Source: Dongiaceae bacterium
GTDB lineage: Bacteria > Pseudomonadota > Alphaproteobacteria > Dongiales > Dongiaceae
Length of the DNA: 64,000 nt
Direction: 5' to 3'
Assembly: GCA_041398065.1 (NCBI GenBank)
Contig: JAWKVL010000019.1
Location: forward strand, 5,176 to 69,175
Positions 59,575 to 64,000 of this stretch are shown piece by piece (position 1 is the first letter of the stretch; every line of letters starts with the position of its first letter). The notes under the pieces were generated by a model. That model did no database searches and was not told where the DNA came from. It was given only the letters and a program-made list of their open reading frames with translations. The position numbers and the translations under genes were made by a program.

Positions 59575-60435
59575 CTAGCGCACCAGCGGCGAATTGGCGG
59601 CCGGCAGGTCGATTCCCGCAATTTGTGCCGCGCCGGCGAGCAGGCCGATATATTGCGCGACCGCGCGATTCCAACTGGCCGTCTCGAGATAGGCGGCGAT
59701 CCGATCGCGGACCAGCTCGAAATCGAGCACCCGCCCGGCGACCTTGCGATTCAGATGAAGCACATGGAAGCCGAAACGCGTCGGCACCGGCACGGCGCAC
59801 AATTGGCCGTCCTCCAGGTTGAACAGGAAAGTCTCGAACTCCGGCACCGTCTGGCCCTCGGTCACCTGGCCGAGATTGCCGCCGTGGCTCTTCGAGGAAC
59901 ATGCGGAGTGCTCCGCCGCAAGCTCGGCAAATCGCGCCGGATCGCGTTGCAGATCAGCGATCAGCGCTTCCGCCAGGCATTTCGCGCGCTCGCGCGCCGC
60001 AACATCGCTTGGATCGGCGGCGATCAGGATATGCCGGGGCTCGTAGAGATCCGGCGAGCGGAACTTGCGCCGGTTGTTCTCATAGTAGCGCCGGCAGGTC
60101 GCCTCGTCCGCTTTCGGTGTTTCCACTTGCGAGCCAAGCAGCGCAGCGATCACGGCGTCCTCATCGGTTGCCCGGCGGCCGTTCCCGTCCTCCGCCGCTT
60201 CGGCAACGATCTCGAGGCGTCTTGCTTCCTGCAGCAGCAGTTCCCGCACCACCAGCGCCCGCGCGGCGGCGTCGATCGCCGCCTGCGGATCGGATGCCGG
60301 ATGGTTCTGCGCCTCGCGGCGGATCGCGTCGCCGCCGATGGCAACGCCATTGACCCGGATCTCCATCGCGACCGCCTTCGGCCGATGCTGGAAAGCGCGG
60401 AACTCCGCGATGGCTTCGTCGACCTGCGAGCTCAT
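59575..60435 (-). CDS. PpiC-type peptidyl-prolyl isomerase (NifM-like) of the nar operon
   Basis: EAQNHP, RHILI, FAELAAEHSACSSKSHGGNLG, VPEFE, TRFGFH. Confidence 0.9.
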   Translation of the reverse strand: MSSQVDEAIAEFRAFQHRPKAVAMEIRVNGVAIGGDAIRREAQNHPASDPQAAIDAAARALVVRELLLQEARRLEIVAEAAEDGNGRRATDEDAVIAALLGSQVETPKADEATCRRYYENNRRKFRSPDLYEPRHILIAADPSDVAARERAKCLAEALIADLQRDPARFAELAAEHSACSSKSHGGNLGQVTEGQTVPEFETFLFNLEDGQLCAVPVPTRFGFHVLHLNRKVAGRVLDFELVRDRIAAYLETASWNRAVAQYIGLLAGAAQIAGIDLPAANSPLVR

Positions 60436-60439
60436 GATG

Positions 60440-61138
60440 CTACTCCGCCGCCTGCCGCCGCGACCGCACGACCTGGTAGCCCGGCCGCCAGAAATAACGC
60501 AACGGAACGCTCAGCATGTGCACCAGCCGCGTGAACGGGAATACCAGCAAGATGGTGAGGCCAAGGAAAAGGTGCAGCTTGAAGATCGGATTCGCATCCG
60601 CGATAGCGTCGGCCGCGTACGGCTGGAAGGTGAAGATGCCCTGCGCCCAGGTCATGAACTTCACCATCTCGCCACCATCCAGATGTTGCAGCGAGATCGG
60701 GATCGTGAACACGCCGAGAAAGAGCTGGGCGTAGAGCAGCAGCAGGATCGCGATGTCGCTGAAGCTCGAGGTCCTGCGGATCCGCGAATCGAACAGCCGC
60801 CGATGGATCAGCAGCGTGGCGCCGGCGATCGCCATGATTCCGGCGACGCCACCCGCCACGATGGCGAGCAGCTGCTTCGCGCCGTGGCTGATGCCGAGCA
60901 TCTCGAACAAGGCGATCGGCGTCAGCAGCCCGACGAAGTGGCCGACGAAAATGACGAGCACGCCGACATGGAACAGCACCGAGCCCCAGATCAGCTGCCG
61001 CCGCCGGAGCAGCTGGCTCGAGCCGGAACGCCAAGTGTAGGGCTCCCGGTCGTAGCGCACGATCGAGCCAAGGATCAAAGTCACCAGCGCGATGTAGGGA
61101 TAGATGCCATAGAGCACGGTATTGAGGGTCAGGCTCAT
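60440..61138 (-). CDS. narI: Respiratory nitrate reductase gamma subunit
   Basis: YPYIAL, YTWRSGSSQLL, LFHVG..GHFVGLLTP, LHLFLG..FPFTRLVH. Confidence 0.96.
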   Translation of the reverse strand: MSLTLNTVLYGIYPYIALVTLILGSIVRYDREPYTWRSGSSQLLRRRQLIWGSVLFHVGVLVIFVGHFVGLLTPIALFEMLGISHGAKQLLAIVAGGVAGIMAIAGATLLIHRRLFDSRIRRTSSFSDIAILLLLYAQLFLGVFTIPISLQHLDGGEMVKFMTWAQGIFTFQPYAADAIADANPIFKLHLFLGLTILLVFPFTRLVHMLSVPLRYFWRPGYQVVRSRRQAAE

Positions 61139-61845
61139 CGCACACCTCCGGACTGGGTATCGGCAACCGATCGGATCGAAGCACGCAGCCGCGTCTCCAA
61201 TCGCTCGGCCGGGCAGGAGCTGCCGGCGCCGGGCCCGAAGGTCACCGGCTCTTCCGCCCAAGCGCGGTCGAGCGCCTGCAGGTCGCCGGGATCATCGTCG
61301 GGCGCCTGGCGCAGGGCTTCCAGCTCCTCGGCATCCGGCTTGGCGGCCGCCAGCGATTCCAGGGCCTCGAAGACACCGGCATAGATACTGTCGCGCTTGG
61401 CCAGGCGCTCACGGATAGCGCTGATGATATGAAGGGTCCGCAACAGCAGCGCGCGCGCCTCGTCGAGCGGCTGGGTCGCCAGGAACTCGAGAAACAGCGG
61501 CAGATAGTCGGGCAGCTCATTGGCGGCGATTTCCAGCCCGGCCGCCTCGTACATGCCGCGCAAATCGACCATCGCTTGGCCGCGGTCGCGGCTCTCGCCA
61601 TGAACATGCTCGAAAAGATGCAGCGAAAGCGACCGCGTGCGGTCGAACAGGAAGACGTAGCGCTCCTGCAGGTCCATGAGATCGCGCTCGGCCAGCTCGT
61701 CGACCAGTGCCACCAGGCGAGCGCGGCATGGCGTATCGAGCACGCGTTCTCCCGCAATCGCGGACCTGAGCGCGCCGGCCGCCGCCTGCATCTCCTCTTC
61801 GGGATAGGTCAACAGCACCGACAGGATCTTGAACATCGCGGTCAT
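61135..61845 (-). CDS. narJ: Nitrate reductase Mo-cofactor assembly chaperone
   Basis: LLTYP, QERYVFLFDR, SLHLFEHVHGESRDRGQAMVDL, ELPDYLPLFLEF. Confidence 0.96.
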   Translation of the reverse strand: MTAMFKILSVLLTYPEEEMQAAAGALRSAIAGERVLDTPCRARLVALVDELAERDLMDLQERYVFLFDRTRSLSLHLFEHVHGESRDRGQAMVDLRGMYEAAGLEIAANELPDYLPLFLEFLATQPLDEARALLLRTLHIISAIRERLAKRDSIYAGVFEALESLAAAKPDAEELEALRQAPDDDPGDLQALDRAWAEEPVTFGPGAGSSCPAERLETRLRASIRSVADTQSGGVR

Positions 61846-63371
61846 CAGAACACCTCCGTCGGGGTCTGCACGGTCTTCTTGCGCTTGGCGCCGAACAGGT
61901 CGGCGTTCGAGGTGCCGCCGGAGCAGCCATTGCCGAAGGAGAAGCCGCACGAGCCGCGCACGTCATAGGCATCCTCGCCGACCTCGCGGTGGCTGGTCGG
62001 GATCACGAACCGGTCCTCGTAATTGGCGATCGCCATCACGTGGTACATGTGCTCGATGTCCGCGCCCGAGAGGCCTACCCGGCGCGCGATCCCCTCATCG
62101 ATCATGCCGTCGATGGTCTTCGCCCGCATGTAGGCGCGCATCGCCAACATGCGCTCAAGTGCTGCGACCACCGGCTCGTCCTTGCCGGCGGTCAGTAGGT
62201 TGGAAAGGTAGCGCACCGGGATGCGGAGGCTGCGTACATCCGGCATTTCGCCATCGACGCCGATCTTCCCAGCTTCCGCTGCCGACTGGATCGGCGAGAG
62301 TGGCGGCACATACCAGACCATCGGCAATGTGCGATATTCCGGATGCAGCGGGAAAGCGACCTTCCAATCCATCGCCATCTTGTAGACCGGGGAGCGTTTC
62401 GCGGCCTCCAGCCAAGCCTCCGGCACGCCGTCGGCCCGCGCTTGTGCGATCACCTGCGGGTCGTTGGGATCGAGGAAGACCGCGAGCTGCGCTTCGTAGA
62501 GATCCTTTTCGTTCGGCGTCGCCGCCGCGGCCTCGATCCGGTCGGCGTCATAGAGCAGCACGCCGAGATAGCGGATGCGCCCGACGCAGGTCTCGGAGCA
62601 GACGGTCGGCTGGCCGGCTTCGATCCGGGGATAGCAGAAGATGCATTTCTCGGATTTGCCCGTCGACCAGTTGTAATAGATCTTCTTGTAGGGACAGCCG
62701 GAGACGCACATGCGCCACCCCCGGCATTTCTCCTGGTCGATCAGGACGATGCCGTCCTCCTCGCGCTTGTAGATGGCGCCCGATGGACAGGCCGCGACAC
62801 AAGTGGGATTGAGGCAGTGCTCGCAAAGCCGCGGCAGGTACATCATGAAGGTGTTTTCGAACTGGCCGTAGATCTCCTTCTCCACGCCTTCGAAATTGTA
62901 GTCGGCCGATCGCTTGGCGAACTCGCCGCCCAGGATCTCCTCCCAGTTGGCGCTCCATTCGATCTTCTCCATCCGCTCGCCGGTGATCAGTGAGCGCGGC
63001 CGCGCGGTCGGCGCGGCCTTGGATTCCGGCGCGGTCTGCAGATGCTCGTAATCGAAGGTGAAGGGCTCGTAGTAGTCGTCGATCTCCGGCAGGTCCGGAT
63101 TGGCAAAGATCTTTGCCAGGATCCGCCATTTCGCCCCCATGCGCGGCTCCAGCCGTCCGTTGGAGCGCCGGCGCCAGCCGCCGTTCCAGCGCTTCTGGTT
63201 CTCCCAGTCCTTAGGATAGCCGATGCCGGGCTTGGTCTCTACGTTGTTGAACCACGCGTATTCCATGCCTTCGCGGCTGGTCCAGACGTTCTTGCAGGTG
63301 ACCGAGCAGGTATGGCAGCCGATGCATTTGTCGAGATTCAGCACCATGCCGATCTGAGCGCGGATTCTCAT
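61845..63371 (-). CDS. narH: Respiratory nitrate reductase beta subunit
   Basis: LNLDKCIGCHTCSVTCKNVW, CEHCLNPTCVAACP, CRGWRMCVSGCPY, CIFCYPR..CSETCVG. Confidence 0.98.
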   Translation of the reverse strand: MRIRAQIGMVLNLDKCIGCHTCSVTCKNVWTSREGMEYAWFNNVETKPGIGYPKDWENQKRWNGGWRRRSNGRLEPRMGAKWRILAKIFANPDLPEIDDYYEPFTFDYEHLQTAPESKAAPTARPRSLITGERMEKIEWSANWEEILGGEFAKRSADYNFEGVEKEIYGQFENTFMMYLPRLCEHCLNPTCVAACPSGAIYKREEDGIVLIDQEKCRGWRMCVSGCPYKKIYYNWSTGKSEKCIFCYPRIEAGQPTVCSETCVGRIRYLGVLLYDADRIEAAAATPNEKDLYEAQLAVFLDPNDPQVIAQARADGVPEAWLEAAKRSPVYKMAMDWKVAFPLHPEYRTLPMVWYVPPLSPIQSAAEAGKIGVDGEMPDVRSLRIPVRYLSNLLTAGKDEPVVAALERMLAMRAYMRAKTIDGMIDEGIARRVGLSGADIEHMYHVMAIANYEDRFVIPTSHREVGEDAYDVRGSCGFSFGNGCSGGTSNADLFGAKRKKTVQTPTEVF

Positions 63372-64000
63372 TCTGCGGCCTCCTTCCTTGCCGCCGGCCC
63401 TTCCAGCCAGTCGACCTTGTCGAGCTTGCGCACGATCACGAACTCGTCGCGGTTCGACCCCACCGTGCCGTAGTAGTTGAAGCCGTAGGATTGCTGGGCG
63501 TATCCGCCGATCATGTGAGTCGGCTTGAGGATCGCCCGCGTCACAGAGTTGTGGATGCCACCGCGCTGGCCGGTGGTTTCCGAGCCCGGCACGTTCACGA
63601 TCTTCTCCTGTGCGTGGTACATGAAGATCGTGCCCTCCTTGATCCGCTGCGAGACCACCGCGCGCGCGACCAAGGCGCCATTGCTGTTGTACGCCTCGAC
63701 CCAGTCGTTATCGACGATCCCGGCCTTGACCGCGTCGGTCTCCGAGATCCAGACGATCGGCCCGCCTCGCGACAGGGTCAGCATCAACAAATTGTCGGTG
63801 TAGGTGGAGTGGATGCCCCATTTCTGGTGCGGGGTGATGAAGTTCAGCACCACCTGCTTCTGCCCGTTGGGCTTCGCATCGATGATCGGCTTGACCGACT
63901 TGGTGTCGATCGGCGGCCGATAGACGCAGAGCGCCTCGCCGAAGGCGCGCATCCAGAGATGATCCTGGTAGAGCTGCTGGCGGCCGGTGAGCGTGCGCCA
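63368..64000 (-). CDS. narG: Respiratory nitrate reductase alpha subunit, C-terminal part (runs beyond the window)
   Basis: WRTLTGRQQLYQDH, TPHQKWGIHSTY, MYHAQE, RGGIHNSVTR, YGFNYYGTVGSNRD. Confidence 0.97.
   Translation of the reverse strand, partial: WRTLTGRQQLYQDHLWMRAFGEALCVYRPPIDTKSVKPIIDAKPNGQKQVVLNFITPHQKWGIHSTYTDNLLMLTLSRGGPIVWISETDAVKAGIVDNDWVEAYNSNGALVARAVVSQRIKEGTIFMYHAQEKIVNVPGSETTGQRGGIHNSVTRAILKPTHMIGGYAQQSYGFNYYGTVGSNRDEFVIVRKLDKVDWLEGPAARKEAAE

Noticed and set aside
1-64000. CRISPR arrays, IS elements, integrase or prophage (including at tRNA-Sec), and additional UGA selenoproteins
   Set aside because: No spaced direct repeats, transposase or integrase motifs, or duplicated tRNA 3' end were seen. 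SelD and the other redox proteins use Cys codons.

Overview
GC-rich alphaproteobacterial (Rhizobiales/Rhodospirillales-like) chromosomal window with about 55 genes, almost all metabolic. No transposon, prophage, CRISPR array or rRNA was seen. In order: (1) 1-9.9 kb: a GntR-controlled sugar ABC transporter with an SDR, a 3-hydroxyacyl-CoA-DH-like enzyme, a BKACE and two SMP-30 lactonases (probable 2-deoxy-sugar-acid catabolism). (2) 9.9-16 kb: a GcvT-type N-methylamino-acid dehydrogenase and a gamma-butyrobetaine/trimethyllysine dioxygenase, each with its own BetI-like TetR and palindromic operator. (3) 16-25.3 kb: HtrA, a ChrR cupin, a sulfotransferase/methyltransferase/O-antigen-ligase-like cassette, a YggC kinase, and a divergent PolX / malic enzyme pair sharing a perfect FNR box. 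(4) 25.3-38.4 kb: a selenocysteine formate dehydrogenase operon fdnG(UGA-Sec+SECIS)-H-I-fdhE-selA-Sel1-selB-hyp-hyp-selD. The tRNA-Sec gene lies entirely INSIDE the selB coding sequence on the same strand. (5) 40-52.5 kb: oxalate catabolism (oxc, frc, ADP-forming CoA ligase, GntR, tripartite tricarboxylate transporter) with a repeated GntR-type operator. (6) 52.6-59.5 kb: an ROK regulator, sugar ABC transporter, two SDRs and a SelA-like (DgaE-type) PLP enzyme. (7) 59.6-64 kb: narG(partial)HJI plus a PpiC. Two patches (1-545 and about 14710-15430) are riddled with frameshifts that look like sequencing or assembly error. All family assignments come from recognising motifs by eye; no searches were run.
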